Shown here piece by piece: positions 22,079 through 32,000 of a DNA stretch of 32,000 bases; positions within the stretch are counted from its first letter, which is position 1; each line of letters opens with the position of its first letter. The notes beneath the pieces are model-generated. The model searched no databases. It had not been told where the DNA came from and saw nothing but the letters and a program-made list of their open reading frames with translations. This DNA is from Paramicrosporidium saccamoebae KSL3 (Eukaryota; Fungi; Cryptomycota), in the NCBI GenBank assembly GCA_002794465.1, contig MTSL01000105.1, positions 39,267 through 71,266 on the forward strand. Direction: 5' to 3'. Made by a program: the position numbers and the translations under genes.

Positions 22079-22935
22079 CACCTCGCATACACGACTATTT
22101 ATCTCACAAATTCAAGAATTCAAGACTTCTGAAGGGTCTCAAGGTACTTTTGTACGCATTTGCTGGTTAATTGGCAGGAAATTTGTTAATGTATTGCGAC
22201 TCTTCGATATGTTTTATAGAAATTGTTGGAATGGTAATGGGATCGGACACGAGAAACAAGTTTATCAACTACAAAATTCAAGACGGTACAGCATCCATTT
22301 CAGCTCTATGGTGGAAGATAAAAGAGGAGGAAGCTATTCAGAACACGCTGCTAAACGGAACACCTGTCTTAGCGCGTGGAAAGTTTACCGTCTTTGATGA
22401 GACTCGTCAAATAACGCTTTCTCAAATCATCCCAATTAGTAGTCCTATCCAGGAGGCCTTTTGGATTACGCAAACTATTGTTCTGCAAAAGACAGTGTAC
22501 CCTCAAGCTGCCAGGCGTCCCAATCCTCTAAAATATCCCCCCATAGCATCGGAACCTCATTTATGGAGTCTTGCCACTAAAGACTTTGGTGGTCAGTTCT
22601 GCAAGACTGACATTGCAGATGTTCTTAAGAGACGAGGCCATCACCTGGATGACCTTGATGGATTAATCACTGAATGGATCAATCTTGGCTTAATTTATTC
22701 TGTACCGAATTCACCTTATCGGAAGATACCGGACCATAACCTAAATAGCATCTTGTATCAAGAGCTCAAGAGATCATCCAGTGCAGTCCACTATCGCTAT
22801 ATTTGGAACCGTCTTCGAACAATGGGGTATCAAATATCGCTGAAAGGTGTAGGGCTGTCCTTGGACGCAATTACGAGCACAAAGGGCAGCCGCGTAAGTA
22901 GATCCGGACCAGAAACGTTTCTCTATCAAACGTAG
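22053..22935 (+). CDS. STN1: CST-complex subunit Stn1 (OB fold plus short winged-helix-like tail); 1 intron, about 282 aa
   Basis: HTRLFISQIQE...IEIVGMVMG...FINYKIQDGTASISALWWK...RGKFTVFDETRQI...EAFWITQTI follows the Stn1 OB-fold pattern; 34-nt intron. Alternative ATG at 22062. Confidence 0.82.
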
Positions 22936-23275
22936 CTCAATATCACTGTCGTGTAGCAGGCCGATCAACACGGAACACGCCAAACGCTTCTGTTGGGCAA
23001 GAGGAGAGCTCGTTGATTAACTCGACAGCCATTTTATAGGCTGCTGATTGGAACCGTTCCTATTAGGAGGCCTTATCTTTTCTGGTGCGCGGTGAACCAA
23101 TTCGCGCTTAAGGAAGAATAATTATATTTAGAGTATGATCAGATGAAAGGTTTTACCTCACAAAAGATATTCTACCGACAAAAACAGCTCTCACTAAGCG
23201 TGTGCGATAGTAGTTACTGTACGTAGGTAGAAGAGTTCCTACGCCACACTTTCTATAAATCTGATACATTACAGT

Positions 23276-24973
23276 CTAGGCTTTCCCTGCTGGATGATCC
23301 TGGGCGTAAAAGGCTTCCATTGACGTGATGGAAATGGGGTGTGCTATGGGGGTTGCTCCTTGTGTTCTGGCAATTTTTACGTGAACATAGTCACCCACCA
23401 CAGGGAATCTCATGGTGTTGCTCATCAAGTCGAGAGTCGCCTGACGAGGAAAAACGACATTGCGGCCGCCATCGCTCCGACCTGCCAAATCTAGGTTTGA
23501 CTTTTTGCTGTCACCCTCTACGAGGACTAGCTCATGCCGGCCTACGCTCTTCTCGACTCGGCTGCCCATGATTTCGTAGAATTTAGCAATAATTTCAGCC
23601 AGGCGTCGTTTTTTATCAGCTTCGGGAACATCATCCTCAAATCTTCTATGAGCCATAGTTTTTTCCCGCATGCTATAAGCAAACATATAGGCCATATCAT
23701 ATCCGACTGTTTCAAGTAATCCCAAAGTATCTTGGTGATCCGCCTCTGTCTCTCCACAAAACCCAGCAATGAAATCGCTGGACAAAGATACATTTGGTAT
23801 TATTTCTCGAATATGCTCAACCAGTTCAATATATGCCTCTCTTGTGTATCCACGTCGCATCCTCTCCAACACTGCAGTGCTTCCACTTTGTGCTGGGAGA
23901 TGAATCTGCTTGCAAATGTTTGGACGATCACGCATCAGGAACAGCAAATCATCAGGAAAGTCCTTTGGGTGAGGCGACGTGAATCTAATTCTCATATTTT
24001 TGTCGATTGAAGACACTCTTTCAAGCAAATCCACAAACCGTTTGCCACCGATCGTGGGTTTGTAGACGGTACGGAAACCACGACTCATCTCTACTGCTAC
24101 TGAGGGAGTGGATTCCATAATAGAGAGATCGCAATAGCTATTTACATTTTGCCCAAGTAAGGTAACCTCCTTAAGACCTTCATCGGACAGTCTTTGCACC
24201 TCTTCAACAATGGATTCAATTGGTCTGCTCCTTTCTCTCCCTCTGAAAAGTAAGAACGCACACCACACTGATTACCTCGTAAATGGAACAATGCAGAAGG
24301 CACACATGTTGTTACATCCGCGCATAATCGAGACAAAGGCAGACTTTTTGCTAGAGTCGGTCCTGACCGGCGCGATGTCAGCATAAGTTTCGTCTGCGGA
24401 CAGCATGACGTTTATTCCGCTGACTCCATCAAAGGCACCTTCCAGTAGCCTTGGGAGGTCGCGGTAGGCATCAGGGCCACATACGAGATCAACATTGCGC
24501 CTTTTCTCCAACAGCTCGGATTTCAATCGTTCCGCCATACAGCCGAGCACTCCCACAGTCAGGCCTCCACGTTTTCGTTTCTCAATTCCGCCTAACGCAT
24601 CAAGACGAGACCAAATTTTGGCTTCGGCGTTTTCACGAATTGCACACGTCATCAATAGGACCACATCAGCCTCCTCTACATCTTTGCTGATAGTGTACCT
24701 TCCCGATTTTTGCAGTACTCCAATAACAATTTCAGTGTCACTAAAGTTCATTTGGCAGCCATAGGTTTCAATGAAGACTCGCTTTGCGGGTCGCGAATCC
24801 TGAGCGAAAGCCTGTTCTAAATATGGCGGAATAGGGGCGGCCTCTATTGCTTGTGCATCCTTTTTGTGAATGAAATCTTTCAAGTTTTTTAATGCGATCC
24901 GGTCATTACTGTGGGTCCTTTTCAGAAGAAGAGGAAGTCTGCTGGCTATAGGCCTTGCGAAGCCAAGACGCAT
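23276..24973 (-). CDS. CDK5RAP1: tRNA methylthiotransferase CDK5RAP1/MiaB (UPF0004 + radical SAM + TRAM), probably mitochondrial; 1 intron, about 554 aa
   Basis: [24 protein letters not shown], radical [58 protein letters not shown] domain; Arg/Leu-rich N-terminal presequence. Confidence 0.95.
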
Positions 24974-25055
24974 TTTTCTGATAAAACATTTTCGTAAACT
25001 TTCCGGGCCGTCAATTGGCCATTTTGAGAAGCTCCACAGTTGGTTGACTCGTGCC

Positions 25056-27104
25056 ATGTTCTCGCTAGAAGTTTTGCGTGAACTTGCACTGTTGCTAACG
25101 TACGACCTAATCTGTGGCTTATTCAAGGTCGGTACTTCAGTCTTCTTTCGCGAAGTCCTGAAGCGCGGCTCTCATCAAATCCCCCCAACGGGTGCAGTCA
25201 TTTTTGTCGCTGCACCTCACGCCAACCAGTTTGTTGATCCACTTATTGTGATGCAAACATGTCCGCGGCCTGTGAGGTTTCTGATGGCGGCCTCCTCCAT
25301 GAGTAAGGGAGTGCCCGGATTCTTCGGCCGCCTGTTGAGATGTATTCCGGTAGAGCGCGCAACAGATTCAGCAAAACATGGGAGTGGAAAAATCACGCAG
25401 GATCACACTGATAAGCTCAAGATCCTTGGGATTGGCACAAAATTTACAAAAGAACTCAAGCCTGAATCCACTGCCATTGTAATTATGCTGGGATTGGAGA
25501 CAATAAGCTCAACAGTCGAAAAGATTGAATCTGACACTGTAGTATATTTGAAGAAGCCGCTTGAGCATGGAAAATCTTCTTTCCTCTCAGAACCAACAGA
25601 ATACTCTGTGCTGCCTGTACTGGACCAATCGGAGGTCTATAGCGCCGTTTTTGACGTTCTAGAACGTGGAGAGTGTTTAGGAATATTTCCAGAGGGAGGC
25701 TCTCACGATCGGGCCGAGATGCTTCCATTAAAAGCCGGTGTCACAATAATGGCACTAGGTGCATTGGCACGGAAGCCTGATTTGGAGCTTACAATCGTCC
25801 CCTGCGGTCTGAATTACTTTAATCCTGACAAGTTTCGATCAAGAGCCATGGTGGAATATGGGGAACCAGTTGTTGTTGACCATGCGTTGGTTGAGCTATT
25901 CAAGATGGGCGGAAATCACCGAAGAGAGGCTTGTGGTAGATTGCTTGAACAGATTTATTACAGTCTTTGCAGTGTCACCGTTAACGTCCCTGATTTTGAG
26001 ACACTGCAAGTGATGCAAGCCACTCGTCGTTTATATCAACCGACTTCGAGAACGCTAAATTCTTTTGAACTGCTCGAGCTGACTCGCCGGTTTGTTAAGG
26101 GTTATTTGAAATTTAAAGACGAACCTCGAGTTCGAGAACTGCTTAGTGCAATTTTGGAGTACAACAAGCTACTGAGACATTTTTGTCTGTATGATCATCA
26201 GGTACGAACTATTGAAATTGGGTTTGCACGAGCTTCCTTCCTCTTCGTCTCTCAGCTCTTTCGTTTGTGCCTGTTTGGGATTATAGTACTTCCTGGAGTG
26301 CTTGTGAACCTCCCTGCAGTATTAATAATTGATCGAATCAGCAAGAAAAAGGCTGCCATTGCTCTGGCAGCGTCAAATGTAAAATTGAAAGGCCGCGATG
26401 TTCTGGCCACTTGGAAATTGATTGTGGGGTTTGTTCTATTTCCAATACTGTATGCAGTTTATTCCATTCCCTTGATTTATGAATTGAATCTTTCGGGGCT
26501 AAGTTTATTGCGTATCGCCTTTTTCGTATTCTTCTTCTCAGTCTTCACAATGCCTTGGCTTTCTTATTTGACAGTGCTCGTTGCTGAGCGTGGCTACGAA
26601 ACATATGCATCTATCAGGCCTCTATGGTATTCGATTATACATCCCCACTATGGCGAGGTTCTTCGTAGAATGCGTCGACGTCTTCGGAAGGAGATTATCA
26701 AGGTTGTTGATGAGTATGGGCCCAAAATGTTTTATGATTTTGAGTCTCAGCGGATTGTTCCTTCGCGGAGACCAAGTCTTGCCATCGACGAAGACAGCAT
26801 GTCCACCTCATTAGCCGACACACCAATAGAGACACCGAGATCGGATGACGAGATGCATGATCTGGTTCAAAAAGCTCAATCTATATCGCGTACTTCCTCG
26901 CCCGCAATGGGTCTCGAGGATGGGCTAGATTCTGTGATTGCTGGATTCCAGTATATGCGATCTGGGGTTGGATCCGTATTTTCAAATGTAAATAACGAAG
27001 AATCTTTAGTCAAAGTTGACGACTGGTCGTATGTAGAAGACTTGGAAATTGATGACATTTTCTTTACCGAGGCCACTCTACCCAGCTCAAAAAAGCGACA
27101 ATAA
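25056..27104 (+). CDS. SCT1: ER glycerol-3-phosphate/DHAP acyltransferase, fungal Sct1/Gpt2 family, intronless
   Basis: PHANQFVDP (HxxxxD), [38 protein letters not shown], transmembrane helices, C-terminal KKRQ (KKxx). Confidence 0.95.
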   Translation: MFSLEVLRELALLLTYDLICGLFKVGTSVFFREVLKRGSHQIPPTGAVIFVAAPHANQFVDPLIVMQTCPRPVRFLMAASSMSKGVPGFFGRLLRCIPVERATDSAKHGSGKITQDHTDKLKILGIGTKFTKELKPESTAIVIMLGLETISSTVEKIESDTVVYLKKPLEHGKSSFLSEPTEYSVLPVLDQSEVYSAVFDVLERGECLGIFPEGGSHDRAEMLPLKAGVTIMALGALARKPDLELTIVPCGLNYFNPDKFRSRAMVEYGEPVVVDHALVELFKMGGNHRREACGRLLEQIYYSLCSVTVNVPDFETLQVMQATRRLYQPTSRTLNSFELLELTRRFVKGYLKFKDEPRVRELLSAILEYNKLLRHFCLYDHQVRTIEIGFARASFLFVSQLFRLCLFGIIVLPGVLVNLPAVLIIDRISKKKAAIALAASNVKLKGRDVLATWKLIVGFVLFPILYAVYSIPLIYELNLSGLSLLRIAFFVFFFSVFTMPWLSYLTVLVAERGYETYASIRPLWYSIIHPHYGEVLRRMRRRLRKEIIKVVDEYGPKMFYDFESQRIVPSRRPSLAIDEDSMSTSLADTPIETPRSDDEMHDLVQKAQSISRTSSPAMGLEDGLDSVIAGFQYMRSGVGSVFSNVNNEESLVKVDDWSYVEDLEIDDIFFTEATLPSSKKRQ

Positions 27105-27357
27105 AGAGGATTGATCGAGATGTGTGGGGGTGGTGAAATTGTGATGTAGAGGGTTGATTAGTTGGGACTTTGAGGATGGTTCCCTAGTTTGGGGAGGATA
27201 CCATTGGAACAATAAATGAAAGATGAGGCCTATATCTTTATCATTTTTGGAGTACTACGTTACTTGTGAGGCCACAAAGGACTTGCAACTTGATAGTAAA
27301 AGAGTTTCCTTGCCTCCCGGACAAATAGTAGTGACAAAATCCGCGGCACTATCCCCA

Positions 27358-27647
27358 CTATGCGACAAAATGCAAGGTGAAGGATTGGTCAAGGTGTAGA
27401 GTAGCTCTTGATTGGAAATTGACTATGGCGAGAAACGTTCAATAGTGCCTTTTTAACCTGGCCACATATTAACATCAGCCTCATATCTGTAGATCGGAAC
27501 ACGTATTGGCATCAGGTCCATGTATACGGGAATTTGAACGAGCCTCCATCTTGATGTTACTTGACTCTCCAAGTAAAGACGGCCATAAACTTTACTCTTA
27601 AACGGTGACAGTCTTAATGAACGAGGGTCAGCACTGAAAATGTCCAT
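27358..27647 (-). CDS. Possible orphan gene (one 35-nt intron, about 84 aa)
   Basis: ATG lies 32 bp after the WDR55 stop, similar to other tandem spacings here. A 63-codon exon is followed by a GT...CATAG intron that extends the frame. No family recognised. Confidence 0.33.
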
Positions 27648-27679
27648 ATTGTGGTTAAATCTCCTGTTTATTGCCAAGA

Positions 27680-28780
27680 CTAATCAAGATCTTTAAAAAA
27701 TCCAGAGGCGGTTGGTTTCCTCTTTGCAGTTTTTTGTTTCTTGGCTTTCGGCTGTTCTTCGTCACTATCGCTTTCATCAGTGGAATCAGAGTCGGAATCA
27801 GATCCTGATTCGCCCTTGCAAGCGCCATCACTCGTAGCGGCCTCTTCCAAAAGCGATGAGGTAACTCTAACCACGTGGACAGAAGGATCATCAGCAGAAA
27901 TAGCTAAAATGAAGCCATCTTCATCACCACTTTTAATCCAGGCAAGTCTTTCTAGGGAATCTTGTGCGTCGAGCACTTCGATGCCGATTGACAAGGGGGT
28001 GGCTCTCAAAATTCTCAATTTGCCGTCTCCACCAGCGGTGGCTATCATCTTTAACTCTTCATTAAGCATAATAGCGTCATTGATAGAAGAGTAACTATGT
28101 AGCTTTGACTTTAGAGTGTCACAAGGGGCGCCCCAGTAGTTCCACTTGAACAGCTTCAAGGCCCCAAGTGCCGTACCCAAGAGTACTTTTCCACTCACCC
28201 CCAATGTAAGAACAGCAGTCACATCTTCTTCAAAGTTTTTGCTCACAGCGAGCATCTTTTCTTTCTTTAGGTCAATCACGGACATGGTTCCATCACCACT
28301 ACCCACAATTAATGTCTTTTTCGCCGAGACGACTTGCAAGCTGCTAATATAGTCATCGTGGTGATCATACATCTTAGAGATGCTGATGGTGGTTTTCTCA
28401 ACAAGCGTGCAAACAAAGACATCGCCGTCATCATTCCCAACGTAAACGTCCTTAGAGCCACCACAGACCAACGCACTAATGCAGCCAAACTCTTCGTCAC
28501 ACTCTAATACCTGGAATCCATCTTCTGCATCCGCGGTGCCGTCAATAACCGCTATATTTCCCGTGGTGCTTGCAGCAAGTATGAGGTCATCAGCAATAGC
28601 AAGTTTTCTAATACTTTTCTTAAAGGGTCTCCATTTGCCAGTAGCCACAAAAGCTGCCCCGTTTTCTTTGTATTTCAATACAAATCCTCGGGATGTAGCA
28701 ACCAGAAAGATATTTTCTTCACCAAGAGTAACAATGTCTGTGGGTACTCCAAGTTTTTCTGGCAGCTCGACCTTGAACAT
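27680..28780 (-). CDS. JIP5: WD40 ribosome-biogenesis protein WDR55/Jip5, intronless
   Basis: WD repeats, HHDDYISSL, GSGDGTMSVIDL, FKWNYWG, acidic and basic C-terminal tail with an NLS-like segment, ending GFFKDLD. Confidence 0.8.
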   Translation of the reverse strand: MFKVELPEKLGVPTDIVTLGEENIFLVATSRGFVLKYKENGAAFVATGKWRPFKKSIRKLAIADDLILAASTTGNIAVIDGTADAEDGFQVLECDEEFGCISALVCGGSKDVYVGNDDGDVFVCTLVEKTTISISKMYDHHDDYISSLQVVSAKKTLIVGSGDGTMSVIDLKKEKMLAVSKNFEEDVTAVLTLGVSGKVLLGTALGALKLFKWNYWGAPCDTLKSKLHSYSSINDAIMLNEELKMIATAGGDGKLRILRATPLSIGIEVLDAQDSLERLAWIKSGDEDGFILAISADDPSVHVVRVTSSLLEEAATSDGACKGESGSDSDSDSTDESDSDEEQPKAKKQKTAKRKPTASGFFKDLD

Positions 28781-28834
28781 CGTGATACTACTGAACACTA
28801 CTGAGCGGTCAACCCTTGCTGCGCTCTCTCAAGA

Positions 28835-29095
28835 ATGGCCAAGAAGGTGCCCATGCGGCTCAAGTATCTTCGGGTAAACCCACAGACTGTCAACCAGAAA
28901 ACGTCTAAGCTATGTTCAGACGAAATTAACGCCCTGCTTGCGTGTTGGCGCATGAGCGGAGTGGATGCAACAGCATGCCTTGGCAGCGTCGCTGCTCTGG
29001 CTGCGTGTAGCTCCGCCAAGTCAAAAGTTGCCTCCACATCACAGCCAAAATCATCCATTAACTTTGTCCTTCAGAGAATGTTCCAAACTCGCTAG
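28835..29095 (+). CDS. MRP10: Mitoribosomal small-subunit protein Mrp10/mS37 (twin CX9C)
   Basis: RLKYLRV...CSDEINALLACW...CLGSVAALAAC...SSINFVLQRM; two exact CX9C motifs. Confidence 0.75.
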   Translation: MAKKVPMRLKYLRVNPQTVNQKTSKLCSDEINALLACWRMSGVDATACLGSVAALAACSSAKSKVASTSQPKSSINFVLQRMFQTR

Positions 29096-29164
29096 TGTTA
29101 AATATATATTGTGGATCAGAGATAAAAAGTCTATTGTGAGAAAAGTATATAATGGACCAGATCC

Positions 29165-29356
29165 CTTGGTCGGTGATAAAACAGACCTCGCAATATTTAT
29201 GGATCGAGACTGCTCGGTCGGTGATACAGACATAATCCCCGCGCTATTTACGCTACAGAGCGAAACTCCTTGGTTGATGATACAGACATAAACCTCGCCC
29301 GTGCTACGGATTAAAACTCCTCAGTCGTGACTATAAACACAAACCTCCAATATATT
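29165..29356. repeat. Four imperfect tandem units (48, 56, 51 and about 37 bp) between two convergent genes
   Basis: Units start at 29165, 29213, 29269 and 29320 with core CTYGGTYGRTGATA...ACA...ACCTCGC. Confidence 0.75.
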
Positions 29357-29383
29357 AAGAGGCATAAATCTATGCGGAAAATT

Positions 29384-31603
29384 CTAAGAAGTGGCGAAAT
29401 CTTTGGGAGGGGCCCCACCGAGCATGTGAGCGTTGCATAAAAAGTCCATCTCGTCTCTATTAAGGATGGCCCGGTAAACATGCAATGGAGTTAATAGGAC
29501 GGGACGACCAGATGCACGCTCCTTCGACTCTGGAATCTCTTTGGTGGAGATCTGAATGAGTTTTTCCATAAACGACCGAACTACACTCGTCACCATCTTT
29601 ACTGCGGGTTCGGAAGCAGGATGGCCAGGTTGTATATCTTGCACCTTTTGCCTCGTCCACTCTTCCAAATCATTACACTCGGCATTTGCAGGTGTAGATC
29701 GTTCGTAATACGACATGTAAGGACCAAAACAATCCTGCTTCAGCCTCTTGACAATATCACAATTTTCAGGAAGTAGTTCAAAGCGACTGGTGAGATCGGA
29801 GGAAGGGGTTCTTGAAGAAACATGAATCTTTCTCGGTCTAATGGAGCAGTTTTTTTGCAAAATCTCAAATTTGTCCTGTGGCAAATGTGCTAGCCCGCAG
29901 AATCTACAATACAACAACTTTTCTGGTGACAAGTCAAGCTCCTCCAATGCCGATGCAAATGCTGCCACTGATGCAGGAGTGTAACCCTTTTCACGACACC
30001 AACCGACCACATCCTCTGGTGACATTGAAAATGTGGGAAAGACTCGCATCAGATGATTACACAGAGCAGTTGCTCGATGCATTTCGAGTTGTCTTTGCTG
30101 GTCGAGATCCAAACGGAGAAATTCCTCCATGGAAGATGCGGGGCGATACTTTGTAGAGTCGAATGCACGTTTTCCTCTTTTACCAGCAAGAGGGAAATCA
30201 TTGACCGCTATTAGTAGCACATCGTCGTCTGAAACTCGTGCAGTCTTTGATTCAACTTTAGGCAGCACAGCAGAAAGTTCACTGGATCCAAGTTGAAAAT
30301 CAGTCCTCCTGTCCAGGTCCAAATCATGAGCTTGTTCGGCCAGAATAGAATACTTGCCGCTAGGGGCGGTCACCACTCGTAGTAGGTGAACAATCTCCAC
30401 AGGTTTGTTTCGCGGGTCCCAAAAATGAATTTGCACTCGGATAGGAAATTCTCCCCATCCTGACCTAACGAGTTCAAAAGGGGCCTCTGTGACGTCAATC
30501 ACGTCATTTGGGCTATAACTCGGATGCAAGAAAAATCGAACGGCTTTGATGAACGACTTGACATCTTGTGATGGGTCCACAGTGCCCTTTGGTGACTTTA
30601 CATAAACACGCCACTTGTGAGTGGGGAGTTTTCCATCCGGATTTTCCATCACGGAAGAGCCATTGACATCTCCAGGATCAGCTTTCACTGTTCCTGATTT
30701 CGAGACAAGACTTTTTGCAGCGTTTCCCAATATGATGCGTCGTTTTACATAGTATCGAGATCCCTTGAACGTGGGAATGGCATCTCCATCTCCCGCAGAT
30801 CCAGGAAGACCGGACCCACTTCCAACTGGTTCAGGGTCGGCTGTCCCCACATGGATCATTGGCTTTTTCACAAGATCATTAATAGGACCGGTCACATTAG
30901 CCCTAATCATTGCCAAGTCCATTTCCTGTTTTAGTTGCGTCGGATGCTTGTTGAAGTAGTCCTGGGGCACTTCACTGGGATCCTATATAATCAGAAGACT
31001 GGCAAAGACTACGGTAATGACACCACAACGCTGGAGGCGGTCGTCCTGACTGGAAAACGTCAGTCGACAGTGGATTCTGCAATGGTTCAAGAACCCCAGC
31101 ATAGAACGGAACAGATCAGAGCCGCATTTTGGGCACCTCATGCTATCAAGATTAAAGTGCCACAAAGACTAGGTACCGGACAATTGTGCCGTCAGGACGA
31201 ACTTCGTATTGCGCCTGGGGCTCCGACTGTGGTCGATCCTTGCTATTCGCGTAGGATACACTACGTGCCCCTCTTCGGCCCGGACTATGTCCAGTTGTAT
31301 CGCCGGGTGTGGACCTCGCACTGAGGGTGCCCACACTGTCTCCGCCATAGACAAACTCTAACATAAGAACCCGAAATGACTCGCTGGTATACCGTTAATA
31401 ATAAGCTTCTCGATCACTTTCAGTATTTGTCTCCCTCGTTCAAGCTCCTCTTGCAACACCTGTACTTCCCTCCACTTGTGGAGGATTTCCAGGTCCAGCT
31501 GATAAGAGAGGACTTTACGTATTCGCTGCTGAGAAGTCAAATCTGACCCTTCAGTCTGCTCTGTGGGTGAGGTTTCTCTCCTTTTCCGTAAATCATGTGT
31601 CAT
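29384..31603 (-). CDS. YEATS2: YEATS2-like protein: N-terminal coiled coil, Ahc1-type C2H2 finger, YEATS domain, C-terminal histone-fold-like region; 3 introns, about 706 aa
   Basis: YQLDLEILHKWRE, RPDGTIVRMRCPKC...GFLNHCRIH, THKWRVYV...LHPSYSPND...GWGEFPIRVQIHF, WCREKGYTP, LTPLHVYRAI...MDFLCNAHM. Confidence 0.88.
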
Positions 31604-31775
31604 TTTGTATGCAAGGCTTTTCTCCCAGTCGATGCGGCGCCTTGGTTAATGTCCAGTGGGCAGCCAATCAGAACCAAGATGAAAACATATCTTTTCTTTT
31701 CTTAATCGATCACGAGAGAGGCCTCTTCTGTGAGAATGTAGTGATTACTGTATTATTACTAACTAGAGGTCGTGT

Positions 31776-32000
31776 TTACATTTGCTCTCCTCCCTGGCGC
31801 AACTTTGCTAGGCGCTCTTTTAAACTTATAATGGTCGAGTCTTTGCTAGGAGTCCCCTCCATACCCTGGGAAGGGCGGATCGGGGTGCGCGGATTAGCGA
31901 CGGGAGAGTCTAGCCGATTCCTCACTGGGGACATCATAGGCTGATCGGGGGTAGTTTTACAAGACTCATCTCCCACCATTCCACCCTGTCCAAACATGCT
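31776..32000 (-). CDS. 3' end of a gene entering from the right edge of the window
   Basis: Frame is open to the window edge, S/P-rich, ending IISLKERLAKLRQGGEQM*. Reminiscent of XMAP215/Stu2 C-termini, but too short to assign. Confidence 0.5.
   Translation of the reverse strand, partial: SMFGQGGMVGDESCKTTPDQPMMSPVRNRLDSPVANPRTPIRPSQGMEGTPSKDSTIISLKERLAKLRQGGEQM

Noticed and set aside
23040-23277. SRP RNA-like words (AGACTGTAATG on the - strand; GGTGAACC on the + strand)
   Set aside because: The words are on opposite strands, the helix-8 CAGG-GNRA-AGCAG motif is absent, and the first word overlaps the CDK5RAP1 stop codon.
24870-25126. Apparent head-to-head coding overlap of CDK5RAP1 and SCT1
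   Set aside because: It arises from taking the most upstream start codons. Homology-consistent ATGs at 24973 and 25056 do not overlap.
27242-27290. Sm-site-like ATTTTTGGAG plus a downstream hairpin (snRNA?)
   Set aside because: No U1 ACTTACC, U2 GTAGTA, U4 kink-turn or U5 GCCTTTTAC loop in a stem upstream.
29165-29356. CRISPR-like repeat-spacer array
   Set aside because: Eukaryotic context, degenerate repeats, spacers that are related to each other, and no cas genes.

Overview
Eukaryotic nuclear DNA from a very compact, fungus-related genome. I find about 23 protein-coding genes in 32 kb, with most intergenic gaps 18-170 bp and about 60 tiny GT-AG introns of 28-43 nt, which is why the ORF track is fragmented. 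Splicing these introns by hand restores intact frames for PAN2, a Dsc2/UBAC2-like UBA protein, ATG11, TRM10, SUMO, MAK31/NAA38, CLYBL, UBP6, MIC60, enolase, a dysferlin-domain protein, IMP4, THOC1/HPR1, a MIC19-like twin-CX9C gene missing from the ORF track, MDM38/LETM1, a Pcl cyclin, STN1, CDK5RAP1/MiaB, a Sct1/Gpt2 acyltransferase, WDR55/JIP5, MRP10 and a YEATS2/Ahc1 protein. The standard genetic code fits throughout. Microsporidia-like compaction together with aerobic-mitochondrion genes suggests a Rozellomycota (Cryptomycota) parasite such as Paramicrosporidium; this is inference only. I found no mobile element, CRISPR array, rRNA or canonical tRNA. The best leads are a candidate nested twin intron (stwintron) upstream of MAK31, a 60-bp duplication and a four-helix RNA-like element at the STN1 start, a non-coding four-unit tandem array, a YEATS2 protein carrying an Ahc1 zinc finger, and retention of CDK5RAP1. 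All family assignments come from motif recall, not database searches, and reference protein lengths are approximate, from memory.
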